Below are positions 11,432-22,900 of a DNA stretch of 64,000 nucleotides, in pieces. The DNA is taken from positions 6,850 to 70,849 of the forward strand of contig JAWKKM010000025.1 of assembly GCA_041393255.1 (NCBI GenBank), read 5' to 3'. The notes below the pieces were generated by a model. It worked only from the letters and a program-made list of their open reading frames with translations. It was not told where the DNA came from and made no database searches. The first letter of the stretch is position 1. Each line of letters opens with the position of its first letter. The translations under genes and the position numbers were made by a program. This DNA comes from Bacteroidales bacterium (GTDB lineage: Bacteria > Bacteroidota > Bacteroidia > Bacteroidales > JAADJA01).

Positions 11432-12355
11432 ATGAAACGCCGCGACTTCCTTAAAAAAACTACAGGGGCAACAATCGCAACATCTACTGCCTTTGCTTTT
11501 GGTAACCTGAACACTTTATTTGCCAACCAGAGCGACAAGACGGGCCTTCCCTATGACCTCGTTGCCGTTAGAAACGGAGAACCCGATGTAATGTTTGACA
11601 GTGCGATCAAATCCCTTGGAGGGATGGAATCGTTTGTAAAAACAGGGCAAACAGTTGTTGTAAAACCCAATATTGGTTGGGATGTTTCACCGGAAAGGGC
11701 AGGGAACACAAACCCCCAACTAATCAAAAGGATCATCCAGCAATGCTTCAATGCCGGGGCGAAGGAAGTTTATGTATTTGATAACACCTGTGATGAATGG
11801 AACAAATGCTACAAATCCAGCGGTATTGAAGACCTGGCCAAAGAGGCCGGTGCCAAAGTGGTTCCCGGAAATACTGAAAGCTATTACAAAGAGGTTCAAA
11901 TTGCTCAGGGTGTTAGTTTAAAAACAGCCAAAGTTCATGAATTAATATTGGATTCGGATGTTTTTATCAATGTGCCGGTTTTGAAACATCACAGTTCTGC
12001 CGATTTATCCATCGCTATGAAAAACCTGATGGGGGTAGTCTGGGACAGGATGTATTGGCACCGCAACGACCTGCACCAATGCATCGCCGACTACGCTTCC
12101 TTCAGAAAGCCTGACCTGAATGTAATTGACGCATACCGTGTAATGATGAAAAACGGCCCCAGAGGTGTTTCGGTTGACGATGTTGTAGAATACAAAACAC
12201 AAATTGTTTCTGCCGATATAGTTGCCGCTGATGCTGCTGCTGCAAAAGTTTTCGGGTCGGAGCCCGAAGACATTCCATACATTGTCAAAGCTGCTGAAAT
12301 GGGCATTGGGACCTATGACTTGGCGAGCTTAAACATCCACCGGATTAAGCTTTAG
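11432..12355 (+). CDS. DUF362 domain protein with a Tat-type signal
   Basis: Twin-arginine leader MKRRDFLKKTTGATIATSTAFAFG. The DUF362-like core reads VVVKPNIGWDVSPERAGNTNPQLIKRII...GAKEVYVFDN. Confidence 0.75.
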   Translation: MKRRDFLKKTTGATIATSTAFAFGNLNTLFANQSDKTGLPYDLVAVRNGEPDVMFDSAIKSLGGMESFVKTGQTVVVKPNIGWDVSPERAGNTNPQLIKRIIQQCFNAGAKEVYVFDNTCDEWNKCYKSSGIEDLAKEAGAKVVPGNTESYYKEVQIAQGVSLKTAKVHELILDSDVFINVPVLKHHSSADLSIAMKNLMGVVWDRMYWHRNDLHQCIADYASFRKPDLNVIDAYRVMMKNGPRGVSVDDVVEYKTQIVSADIVAADAAAAKVFGSEPEDIPYIVKAAEMGIGTYDLASLNIHRIKL

Positions 12356-12358
12356 AGA

Positions 12359-13913
12359 ATGGCCTTTTCGTTTTTAAAAAAGATCAGGGTTGTTGTTTCC
12401 CTCCTTTTCTTTTTATTGATTTCTTTTTTATTTATTGATTTCACCAATAGCCTTTCTCCCGAAGTTGTGAATGGAACCCTCTATTTTCAATTCATTCCTT
12501 CCATCCTTAAATTCATTAACCTGCTGGGAATTGCAACCACAGGTTTTATTGTTGTCCTTATTCTAACCTTGCTTTTTGGCCGGGTCTATTGCTCCACTTT
12601 CTGCCCCTTGGGAACCTTACAGGATATCACCAACCATTTCGGGAAAAAATTCAGGAAGAGAAAGATTTATAAATATGCCAGGCCCTACAATTGGATACGG
12701 TATTCTTTTCTGGCGATTACCATTCTGTTCCTGATTTTTGGGAGTATCTTTTTTGTGAATTTGCTGGATCCATACAGCAATTTTGGAAAGATCGTTTCCA
12801 ACCTTATTCGTCCTGTTTATTATGGTATCAACAATATCATCGCTGCCATTTTGCAAAAATTTGAAATTTTCGCACTCTATAAAGTTGATATAAAAAGTTA
12901 TAGCTGGCTGTCGTTTGGGTATTCACTTTTCATACTAACACTGGTGGTAAGGCTTGCCATGAAAAAAGGGAGATTGTATTGCAATACCGTTTGCCCGGTT
13001 GGAACCTTTCTAGGATTGATATCAAAGGTTTCCTTTTTTAAAATACGCCTTGATCATACCCTTTGCAATAGCTGCGGGACATGCGGGGCGATGTGTAAAG
13101 CGCAGTGCATTGATACCAAAGAGCGGAAGGTTGATTTTTCACGCTGCGTGGGTTGTTTAAACTGCCTGACCGTTTGCCCGGGCAACGGGGTGAAATTCGA
13201 CTGGCGAAAGAACCCGAAAGAATCAAATGAGAAGCCTTCACACAAAAACCGCAGGGAGTTCATTGGCAAATCACCTTGTTATCGGTGGGGGCCGTTGCCA
13301 TTTTGAAAATTCCTTCTCCGAAGGTTTGAATGATGGGATGATCCCGGTGGTGAAGGAATTTCCTGTTTCCCCGCCCGGATCGATCAGCATTGAGCATTTT
13401 ACCAATCATTGCACAGCCTGTCATTTGTGTGTAAGTGCATGCCCTACCCATGTTCTGCAACCCTCTTTCATGCATTATGGGCTTGCAGGGATGATGCAAC
13501 CCACCATGGACTACAAAGCCAGCTTCTGCAATTTTGAATGTACTATCTGTAGCGAGATTTGCCCCACAGGAGCCCTTCTTCCTGTTGATTCGGAAAGCAA
13601 AAAGACACTGCAATTGGGCAAGGCTAAATTTATAAAGGAGAACTGCATTGTGTATACAAAAGAAACTGCTTGTGGAGCCTGCTCCGAACATTGCCCCACC
13701 AAAGCGGTCAATATGGTTTTCTATAAAGAAAAGCTAACGATTCCCGAGGTGACATCAGAAATTTGTGTGGGCTGCGGCGCCTGCGAGTATGCTTGTCCTA
13801 CGGATCCTAAATCCATCTATGTAGATGGGAACCCGGTTCATTTAATTGCAGACAAACCCAAAATTGAAAAGATAGAACAAGAGGTTAATCCTGATGATGA
13901 TTTTCCATTTTAG
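12359..13913 (+). pseudogene. membrane-bound polyferredoxin (NapH/MauN-like, multiple 4Fe-4S clusters), two closely spaced frameshifts
   Basis: ORF 12359-13306 has TM helices plus CSTFCPLGTLQD, CNTVCPVGTFLG, CNSCGTCGAMC and CVGCLNCLTVCP. ORF 13227-13913 has CTACHLCVSACP, CTICSEICP, CGACSEHCP and CVGCGACEYACP. The junction reads through the third frame (..RREFIGKS / LLSVGAVAILKIPS / SEGLNDGMIP..) around 13275-13315. Confidence 0.75.
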
Positions 13914-13973
13914 ATAGATTCAATCAGAATATTTTTTTATAAATGAAGTATGGGTTTTTAATAAAATTAGTAT

Positions 13974-14086
13974 GGAACACAAATGACACAGATTATTGGG
14001 ATCATCGCTGATATTATTCGGCTATTGATTCAATGAGTCAATAACTAATCTGTGAAAATCTGCCAAATCTGTTATATCTGCGTTCC
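13974..14086. repeat. REP-like inverted repeat between convergent genes
   Basis: The left arm GGAACACAAATGACACAGATTA (13974-) pairs imperfectly with the reverse complement of TAATCTGTGAAAATCTGCCAAATCTGTTATATCTGCGTTCC (ends 14086). I recall this sequence family as recurrent in Bacteroidota intergenic DNA. Confidence 0.6.
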
Positions 14087-14126
14087 AAAATTTACAAATA
14101 TAATTATTTGATCACCATAATAATTA

Positions 14127-15638
14127 CTAAGATTCCTCCTTACGAAGAATTATCCGGAAAGTTGTCCCCTTATTCAATACCGATGATTTGACAAATATTT
14201 TTCCTTTGTGGTATTCATTTACAATCCGCTTGGCTAACGAAAGGCCCAAGCCCCATCCCCGCTTTTTACTTGTATAGCCAGGATTGAAAATGGTTTTAAA
14301 CTTTGATTTGGGAATCCCTTTTCCGTCGTCGGTAATATCAATCAGCACCAGTTTTTCTTCTTCCTGTATGTCAACTTCAATTTTCCCGTCGCCACCAATG
14401 GCATCAATGGCATTCTTACAAACATTCTCAATAACCCATTCGAAAAGGTGCAAATTGATCGGCACATTGATTTCCAGGTTATGAGGTTGCAGAATTTTGA
14501 AAGAAACCTTCTTCGAAGACCTTGATTTGATGTATTCAACACTGTCGTATACCACCTTTACGATGTTCTCATTTTTCAGCTTGGGTTCGGAACCGATCTT
14601 CGAAAACCTTTCGGTGATTTTTTTTAACCGTTCCACATCTTTGTTTAACTCCACAATGGTTTCGCTGTTCTGTCCTTCCATTTTCAGGAGTTCTATCCAT
14701 GCCATCATCGACGACATAGGGGTTCCCAATTGATGAGCCGTTTCCTTGGCAAGGCCTACCCAAACCTGGTTTTGCTCTGAGCGGCGGGCAGAACTGAAAA
14801 GGATATAGGAGATAAACAAAAAGATACCAATTACTCCCAACTGAAAATAGGGGAAAAACATAATTCTTTTTAACAGTTCCGAATCCTGATAAAAGATGTA
14901 GCGTTTTCCTTTATCTGCCAGTTCAATTTCAATCGGTTCGTTATCATCGGCCATGTGCTTCAGGGTATTTTGTATATAGAGCGAATCAGAAGCCTTTTTA
15001 GGGTCCAGCTTGCCATATTCCAGCACATTCTTCGCACTGTCGGTAATAATAACCGGAACCGAAGCCGCATTGATCACGACTTCGGAAAAGAATGACTCTA
15101 CCAAATCGTCGATCACGATCCTGAGTTCGGTAAATAGCCTGGAATCGGTATAAAACAAATAATCGTGCTGGTTGCCTTCGTAAGGGATTTTAACAGGTGG
15201 ATATTCCATAAAGCGCACTCGTAAATCCCCTTTAAGGAATTCCATAGTATCGGGATCAAAATCGATGTTTTTGGTAATTTTTATTTTACCCCTGCTATCG
15301 GTCAATATTACAGGAATAGTTATGTTATCAGCAAAAAACTTTTGGAAAAAACTTAGGGCTTCGTTTTCGTCCACAAGGGTAACAATGCGGTAGGCATCGG
15401 CAAGCAATTCAACCCGTTTGCGCTCTTCCTCTTTGATCTGTTTAAAAAACTCATCGGTGTAATTGACCAGTTCCGCTTTTTGGTGAATGGCATCGGCCCA
15501 TATCCGGATGTTGCTCCGTTCATCCATGGCGATTTCCCTCACGAGGATGTTGGTATACCAAAGCGATACGGCAACAATCACAACTGCAAGGCTAAACAGT
15601 ATCCATTTCCACCGTTTCTTTCTGGAGTATATATTCAA
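14127..15638 (-). CDS. sensor histidine kinase (N-terminal TM, large sensor region, second TM, HisKA, HATPase_c)
   Basis: 503 aa. H-box ETAHQLGTPMSSMMAWIELL. ATPase motifs NVCKNAIDAI, DDGKGIP and GWGLGLSLAKRIV. No response regulator lies adjacent. Confidence 0.85.
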   Translation of the reverse strand: MNIYSRKKRWKWILFSLAVVIVAVSLWYTNILVREIAMDERSNIRIWADAIHQKAELVNYTDEFFKQIKEEERKRVELLADAYRIVTLVDENEALSFFQKFFADNITIPVILTDSRGKIKITKNIDFDPDTMEFLKGDLRVRFMEYPPVKIPYEGNQHDYLFYTDSRLFTELRIVIDDLVESFFSEVVINAASVPVIITDSAKNVLEYGKLDPKKASDSLYIQNTLKHMADDNEPIEIELADKGKRYIFYQDSELLKRIMFFPYFQLGVIGIFLFISYILFSSARRSEQNQVWVGLAKETAHQLGTPMSSMMAWIELLKMEGQNSETIVELNKDVERLKKITERFSKIGSEPKLKNENIVKVVYDSVEYIKSRSSKKVSFKILQPHNLEINVPINLHLFEWVIENVCKNAIDAIGGDGKIEVDIQEEEKLVLIDITDDGKGIPKSKFKTIFNPGYTSKKRGWGLGLSLAKRIVNEYHKGKIFVKSSVLNKGTTFRIILRKEES

Positions 15639-16092
15639 CTTTCGAAATTTTTAATATTGTGATAACGAAAACACCGTCACTTTATTCCCATTACTTTCCA
15701 CAAACAGGCTGTAAAAATAGTAAACCATGATAAATATTGCCACACAAATATACATAAGGTGATTGATTTATTTTCAAAGGATGTTTGTGCTTGAATTTTA
15801 TATTTATTTCAGGTGATGATATGCCTGCAATCAAAAATTTTTCCTTTCCTTGCCGGGCATATTATTTCTTGCTTCTCAATAATATTAATTACATTAGCAA
15901 GGCGAAACCAGGGAAAGCTGATACCGGCTATTTTTATGAACACAAAGAATTTGATTTATAACAAGCGACTTGGCATAACTGCCCCCCCTCAGCAACTTGC
16001 ATAATGTCAATGTGGAATAAATGCACAATTAACGTGTACCGGTTTTCTTTATTTTAAAAAATATTTATGTGCTTTTTTTAACCTATTTATAG

Positions 16093-16976
16093 AAGTTGTC
16101 AAAAGTTGAATGTTAAAAAGAACGAACGATACACAGAAATTGGATTTCAATAAGTTGTATCATTCGTTCAAAAACTTCATGTTGAACAAAAGTATAATAA
16201 AAAAGAGATTTGTCCACATTTAAAGTTCGGAAATTCGATGGACAATACCAAGGTTAAAGTATATCAAGTGGTAGAATCGATACTATATCGGCTAAAAACA
16301 GGATGCCAATGGAGGCAACTGCCCATGAAACAATTTTTCAGGGTAAAATACCATTGGCAGAGCGTTTATTATCACTTTCAGAAATGGTGCAAAGATGGTA
16401 GCTGGGAACAAGTTTGGAAGTATGTTCTGGAAAAGTACAAGGATTTGCTGGACGTGTCAAGTGTTCAGGGCATTGGCACATACACCCACAAAAGGGGCGG
16501 ACAGGCAGTGGGCTACCAAGGCAGGAAAAAAGCAAGACCAGCAACTTATCTTATCCTAACAGATAATCAGGGTATCCCATTGGCCTGTAGTGAAGCTTTT
16601 TCAGGAAACCATAATGATGCATATCAACTTGAGCAGTCCGTGGACAAAATGCTTCAAGACCTACGATCCTCAAACATAAGAACAGACTGGTTGTTCTTAA
16701 ATGCCGATGCAGGGTTTGACGTAGAGAGGCTCGTGCTTTCTGTTACAGGAATGATATAATAGATAATATTGATAAAAATCAAAAGAAACGGCTGTGAAAG
16801 TGAGCACCTTTTGACAGTTTACTGTACAAATGCAGGTTTGTTGTGGAACGGACCAATGCATGGCCAGATGCTTTTAAAGCTATTTTGATCCGTTTTGAAA
16901 CAAATAAAATTCATTGGAAAGGATTGAATTTATTAGCTTTTTGCGTTATTTTATTACGTCAACTTTAAACAACTTC
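16093..16976 (+). mobile_element. IS5-family insertion sequence (884 bp) with a degraded transposase
   Basis: Terminal inverted repeats are GAAGTTGTCAAAAGTTGA (16093-16110) and TCAACTTTAAACAACTTC (16959-16976), matching at 16 of 18 positions. ATA flanks both ends. The internal transposase text is IS5-like. Confidence 0.75.
16141..16968 (+). pseudogene. IS5-family DDE transposase, frameshifted
   Basis: ORF 16238-16759 contains YQVVESILYRLKTGCQWRQLP (the DUF4096-type N-terminus) and LNADAGFD. The C-terminal piece, in another frame, reads YKCRFVVERTNAWPDAFKAILIRFETNKIHWKGLNLLAFCVILLRQL* (stop 16966-16968). The N-terminal piece is also out of frame. Confidence 0.75.
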
Positions 16977-17031
16977 ATAATGATGTTTACCTTTATAGCT
17001 CCAAAACAAACAGAAAAGTTCATTTAAAAAT

Positions 17032-18454
17032 TTGTTTGATTGTAAACCTCAAAATACATTATTGTTTTATCTTTTGTTTTACTTGCTTTTACTCTTGGGG
17101 ATAGCAAGTGAGTATTATGTGCCGTACAACGCAAATTCCATATGCATTAATGATATTGATTTAGATGGAGATGAGGATATAATAACAGGACATTTATTTA
17201 ATTTCACTACGGAATGGGGGATTTGGGCTACTTGAAAATGAAAATAATGGATATTTTATTTTAATCGATTCTATATATATATAGCAGTCAGGATATTATC
17301 TATTCAGCAAATATAAAAAATGACGAATATCCTGAAATATTAGGACGATATTATGATAATCAGCAAACCAATGTTTTAATTATTGAAATAAATAATGGGA
17401 ATTATATTTTTGATTTTTTCCAATGTGCAATAATCTTACTGATTTCAATATTGGCGATGTTTCTGGAAATAACACATTAGATATTGCTTTTATTTCAAAC
17501 AATGATTTCCTGTGGGGTTTAGTTTATAATGATGGAACCGGTAACTTTTCATCTCCTGAATATTACGATCTATCCTTTCCTCCAGTTGATATTGCCTGTG
17601 GAGACTTAAACAATGATGGCAGGGCCGATGTGGTGATTTGTGGTTCGGATACGGAAGTTTATTTCAGTAATGAAACCGGTTTCCAACAACTTGTTTTAAC
17701 TACCACATTAAGCCATGATGTATTGATCTCCGATTTTGATAATGATGGGGACAGTGATATAATAACTCACACAACTTTTGTATACCCTAACCATAGAGTA
17801 TATTTCTTTGAAAACCTTGGTAATAACCAATTCTTTGAGCACGATTATTTTCAGTTTTTACCTTTTTGTTCTTATGCCCAGATAGCTGACCTGAATAATG
17901 ATTCTTTGCCGGATATGGTTTTTATTGAATCATTTGGTGAAGGATTACAAATTTTCTACAATCAAGGGGCCTTTCAATTAGCTGATCAAAAATTTATTCC
18001 TGTAACATTCCCTTCACTTCAAAGGTTAGCCTGTGGTGATTTAGATAATAACAATTTTCAGGATATTGCAATAACCCATAGCCAGGGATCACAGGAAATG
18101 TATGTCAAACTACTTTTCAATGATGGTAATGGCAATTTTGTTGATGATCCATTACTTCATCACATGAAATAGAATTTTTTAAACAAATTTCATATTCTTC
18201 TTACCCAAATCCTTTTAAATATGAAACAAATATAAAATTCACGATAAAGAAAATTCAAATGTAGAACTCTTTGTTTTAGACCTTTCTGGCAGGTTAATAA
18301 AATCATTAATCAATAAAAACATGAAAGGAGGAACACATCAAATAAAATGGAGCGGGACTGGCATGAACAACCAGCCTGCAGTCCCGGCTCCTACATCGCT
18401 TGCCTGAAGGCAAACAAAGAAGCCCTACAAACAATTAAACTGCTCAAAATTTAA
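17032..18454 (+). pseudogene. FG-GAP/VCBS-repeat T9SS cargo protein, paralog 1, multiple frameshifts
   Basis: FG-GAP-like motifs are present (CGDLNNDGRADVVI, SDFDNDGDSDIIT, IADLNNDSLPDMVF, CGDLDNNNFQDIAI). The T9SS CTD is readable only across frames in 18190-18454 (SYPNPFKYETNIKF..., ...IKWSGTG...). Confidence 0.7.
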
Positions 18455-18513
18455 CCGTATTTGTAAGACTATGAAACATTTTTCAAAATTAACATTCTTA
18501 ATAACATGAATTT

Positions 18514-19966
18514 ATGAAAACTTTAAAGTATACTATAATCGCCATTTTCGCTTTTCTGATGCTTTCTTTGAAAGTTGGAGATAATAAAAGTGTTTATAAT
18601 GTACCATTATTAGCTCAATCTATTTATTCAACTGATATTAATAATGATGATTATATCGATATCATAATAGGTAATTCTTATTCAACAATTTCTGAATGGG
18701 GTGGTGTATCCATGTTGGAAAATATTGGAAATGGATATTTTATCTTCAATGATTCAATGTATTTTGAGCATGGATTCCAAGAAGTTGATGGTAATTATAT
18801 TGATGAAAATGACTACATTGATATTTATGGACGGCATCAAAGCAATAACCCGCATAAAGAAAATATTGCTATAATCTATAATTATGGATTATCCCAATTT
18901 GATAGTGTAAAAGTTTTTACTTATATGACAATAATGTTGTAATTGATGATTATTCAAATGGTGATGTTGATAATGATGGTGATATTGATATAGTATTTTC
19001 TTGCAATAATGACTTTTTTTGGGGTTTAATTTATAATGATGGAACCGGAAACTTCTCCGAACCGGAATATTTTGATTTAACCTTCCCCCCCATTGATATT
19101 GCCTGTGCCGACCTGAATGATGACGGCAGGGATGATGTGGTAATTTCCGGTTCTGATACGGAAATTTATTTTAGTACCGAAACAGGTTTTCAGCAACTTG
19201 TATTAACAACCACCTTAAGCCATGATGTATTAATTTCTGATTTTGACAACGATGGCGATAATGATGTTATAACGCATACTACTTTTGTTTATCCTAATCA
19301 TAGAGTATATTTCTTTGAAAATCTTGGCAACAACCAGTTTTTTAGAGCACGATGAGTTCTCTCCTTTTTGCTCTTATGCCCAAATCGCTGATTTTAATAA
19401 TAATTCATTACCAGATATGATTTTTTATTGACTGGGATCACGAAGGACTTATAATCTATAATAATTTAGGAAATTTCCAATTGGAATATGATCAGTATAT
19501 TGATATAGACAATTTGGGGTATCAATTGAATAAAGTACACTGTAATGACTTCGATGGAAATGGTTTCAATGATATAGTTACAACAATTGGCACACAAATG
19601 ACACTGCCCTATAATGTTATTATTCTTTTTAATGACGGTTCAGGAAATTTTGTTCCTGATCCAATAACAAACATATTAGAAACATCAATAACAAATACAG
19701 AAATTAAGACTTTTCCAAACCCATTTACAGAAATAGTAAATTTCGATTTCTCAAATATAAATTTCAACAGGATAGTACTTTCCATCTATGATATACAAGG
19801 TAAAAGAGTTTTTGAATTAACCACAAACTATCAGAAAGGAGGTAATAATTTAATAAGCTGGAATGCTTATGATTTAAGTAATAACCAGGTTAAGCCGGGG
19901 ACTTATGTTGCTATTGTACAAATAGACGGAGTTTATTATAATACAATTAAATTAATTAAAAATTAA
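18514..19966 (+). pseudogene. FG-GAP/VCBS-repeat T9SS cargo protein, paralog 2, multiple frameshifts
   Basis: Fragments are 18514-18942, 19137-19355 and 19481-19966. 19137-19355 is near-identical in protein to 17640-17850 (..TGFQQLVLTTTLSHDVLISDFDNDGD.D.ITHTTFVYPNHRVYFFENLGNNQFF). The CTD is intact (FPNPFTEIVNFDF...YVAIVQIDGVYYNTIKLIKN). Confidence 0.7.
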
Positions 19967-19980
19967 AAATTTGTAAGACT

Positions 19981-22900
19981 ATGAAACAGTTTAAATTTTT
20001 ATCGGTTTTGTTAGTTGCTCTCTTAATTGCAACAACAATTTTTGCTCAATTTACACGCCAACAGGCTATTGACTTAATTCTTAATGATGTCCTTTCTGAT
20101 GAACTGGACAACATTGATGTGTACGCTTCCTTTAACAGCTTTTCTGGTGACGCTGCATTAATTGATAATGATAATGCAACTAATCCTTATGCTGAATCAT
20201 GGGTGTTTTATGTTAATGATTCACCCTTTGCTTCGTGGTATCACCCTTGCCGTTATATTTTTGTAAACACTTCAAACGGGAATTATTCAACAGTTGATAA
20301 GGAAATCTATCCGCAGTATTTATCAACTGACTTCGAGGAGATATCTTCTGCTAATCGACCCGACCCAATTGTGATGGATGGGACTGCTTTTGTGCCTGAT
20401 CCTCAAAAAGTAGAGAGTAACTATAATTATGCACTGATTATAAGTGCCATAGATGATGTTCGCAATATCTCAAATGTATCGTTGATATTTAACGTGTTAA
20501 CTCAAAATTATAATTATAAAGAAGAAAATATTATAGTTTTATACAGCTATGATGGGCATAACTACTCAAATGATTGGGGTGATAATTTAAATAATATTGA
20601 CCCCGAAGACGACATAGACGGCCCCGCCACCTGGGCAACCATACAACAGGTGATTACAGAGATGAAAGGTGAAGAACCAAATCCTGTTTATGTCCTCGAA
20701 GCCCTTGGCCACGGTGACCAGCTTGCCGTTTTCTTTACCGGTGTGCCGGTAAATACCTCCGGTATAGAACCCATGCTGTATTTCCCAACAGAAGATCAAA
20801 TTATCGGGCCATACCCGGTTTCCGGCCTTTCAGAACCCATGGAGGACATCGACTGCGGGCAGATGATATTTACTTTTGATGTGAATTCTGCTTCTGAAAT
20901 AATACCTTATTTTATCGGCCCGGTAGGTTCAGAAACCAAATGTTTTAATCGCTATTTGTTTGGCTCAACGGGCAATGGTGAAAAAAACCAGGCAGAATGG
21001 TATATTACGGGTGGATTATACAGTGAACAAATTTATTATTGGGCTGCCGCTGTAAGGGGACTATTGCCTGAACCCACTGCCCCATGGAACACCCTTTTAG
21101 GATTTACCGTTGGAGAAATAGATTTTGGTCTGCTGAACCCTGTTTTGACTGGCCATACGGATTATCAACCTGATTTGGATGCAGATGGATATATTCAAAT
21201 GGATGAGGCATTTATATATGCATGTAACGAAAATACCGGGTGCAATTACCCGGATAATAATAACTTCTACTTGCCAATAACTCCAGGAACAGAAGTGAAT
21301 CCTTCACAAACCGATGAGTTCCCGTTTGTAGGTGAGAATGTTTTAACGCTGGCTGGATTGAGTGGATTATTGATTTCAAGTGCAAACCTACCCGAAAGAA
21401 GCTATATAATTGCAGATTCATTAAAAGTAAGTGGAAATTTAACTTTTGCGGAAAAGTCTGAAATATATATCCATCGTAATAGGATAAGTGACAATTTGCC
21501 TACCAATGCACGATTGATAATTGAAGCCACAGGCACACTTGAAATTGGTGAAAATTGCCTCGTTGCAAACTTTCAGGAGTTTTCGCCAGTCTGGGCATTT
21601 TCAGCAATCGTTGTATACGGTGATGAATTTATTATTGGCGAGCAAACCCATTTTTATAACATTAACTTTTCCATGTTAAAACCAGAAGGAATTGAATATT
21701 TCACGATGAAAAACATTTATATGGAAAATGGAATGGCCAGAATAGGGAATTCCCAAAATACCTTGATTGAAAACTGTACTTTTGAAAATGTGAATATGTG
21801 GGGATTGGCTACAAGCCATTTACAGGTATCGGATAACGAGTTTAATAAAACTCATACTATATTTTCAGGTGTTGACAGAAGTTCTTATATAAACCTGCTT
21901 AGAAATGAATATGAAGGGGTCTGCGAAATTTTATTCTCTTCATATTACACTTGCAATATTTTAAATTATCCGAAATATGTGGTTGACAGCAATAATTTAA
22001 CAAATTGCTTACATGGTATATATATTTATTATTCAGGGCACAGTGATAAATTTTTTATAAGTAATAACATTATTTCCAATTGCAGTGATAATGGATTGTC
22101 TATATATGCATCAGCGGCCAAACTCGCAAACAACAAAATATTTGAAAATGATGGTTGTGGTGTCAAGTTATTAGATCATACACATTGCAGTGTGCAAGGA
22201 AACCCATCTGCAACATATGTGTACCAAACACAAGAAATAAATAATAACGGACTTCAGGAAATTTATACAGACCAGGCAAGTTTCCCGCTTCCAATAAATT
22301 ACAATGCAATATATGATAATTTATCCCCTTCAGATTATTTATTGTATTGTGAGTTACCGGTTACAACTGTAAAAGATGTTCGAAATAATTTTTGGGGTGA
22401 TAATTTTTATCCGAATGTCCATTTATATCCAACTGCTCCAAGTGGGCTATATTTATGGTATCCGGTTTTTGAATTATCCTTTGAAGAGCAGGAGAAAAGC
22501 GATGCCCAATTGCTTTACGAATCTGCAACGGCACAGTTTGAATCCGGTGGTTTTTCCCTTGCAATGGATGATTATAAGCAGGTTGTTGAAGAATATCCTG
22601 AAACAAATTATGCAAAAGAATCGCTTAAGATGTTGTTCTCGGCAGAAAATAGCTCAAATGCCGAATTTATTTCCTTAAAACAATATTACGAAACCAATTC
22701 AACAATCCTGAATGATTCTGTTCTGGCAAAAATCGCTGGTTTCCTTGCAAACAAATGCGATGTGGAACTCCAAAACTGGGCCGAAGCGGTTGCCTGGTAT
22801 GAAAATGTTATATTAAACCCTCCGGCTTTTGCTGACAGCATTTATGCCATTATTGACCTGGGCCATCTTTACCAGCTAATGGAATTAAACGGTTACAAAT

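Noticed and set aside
15813-16004. 63-aa ORF in the intergenic region upstream of the IS element.
   Set aside because: It has no recognisable motif and only hydrophobic low-complexity text. It lies in an AT-rich spacer.
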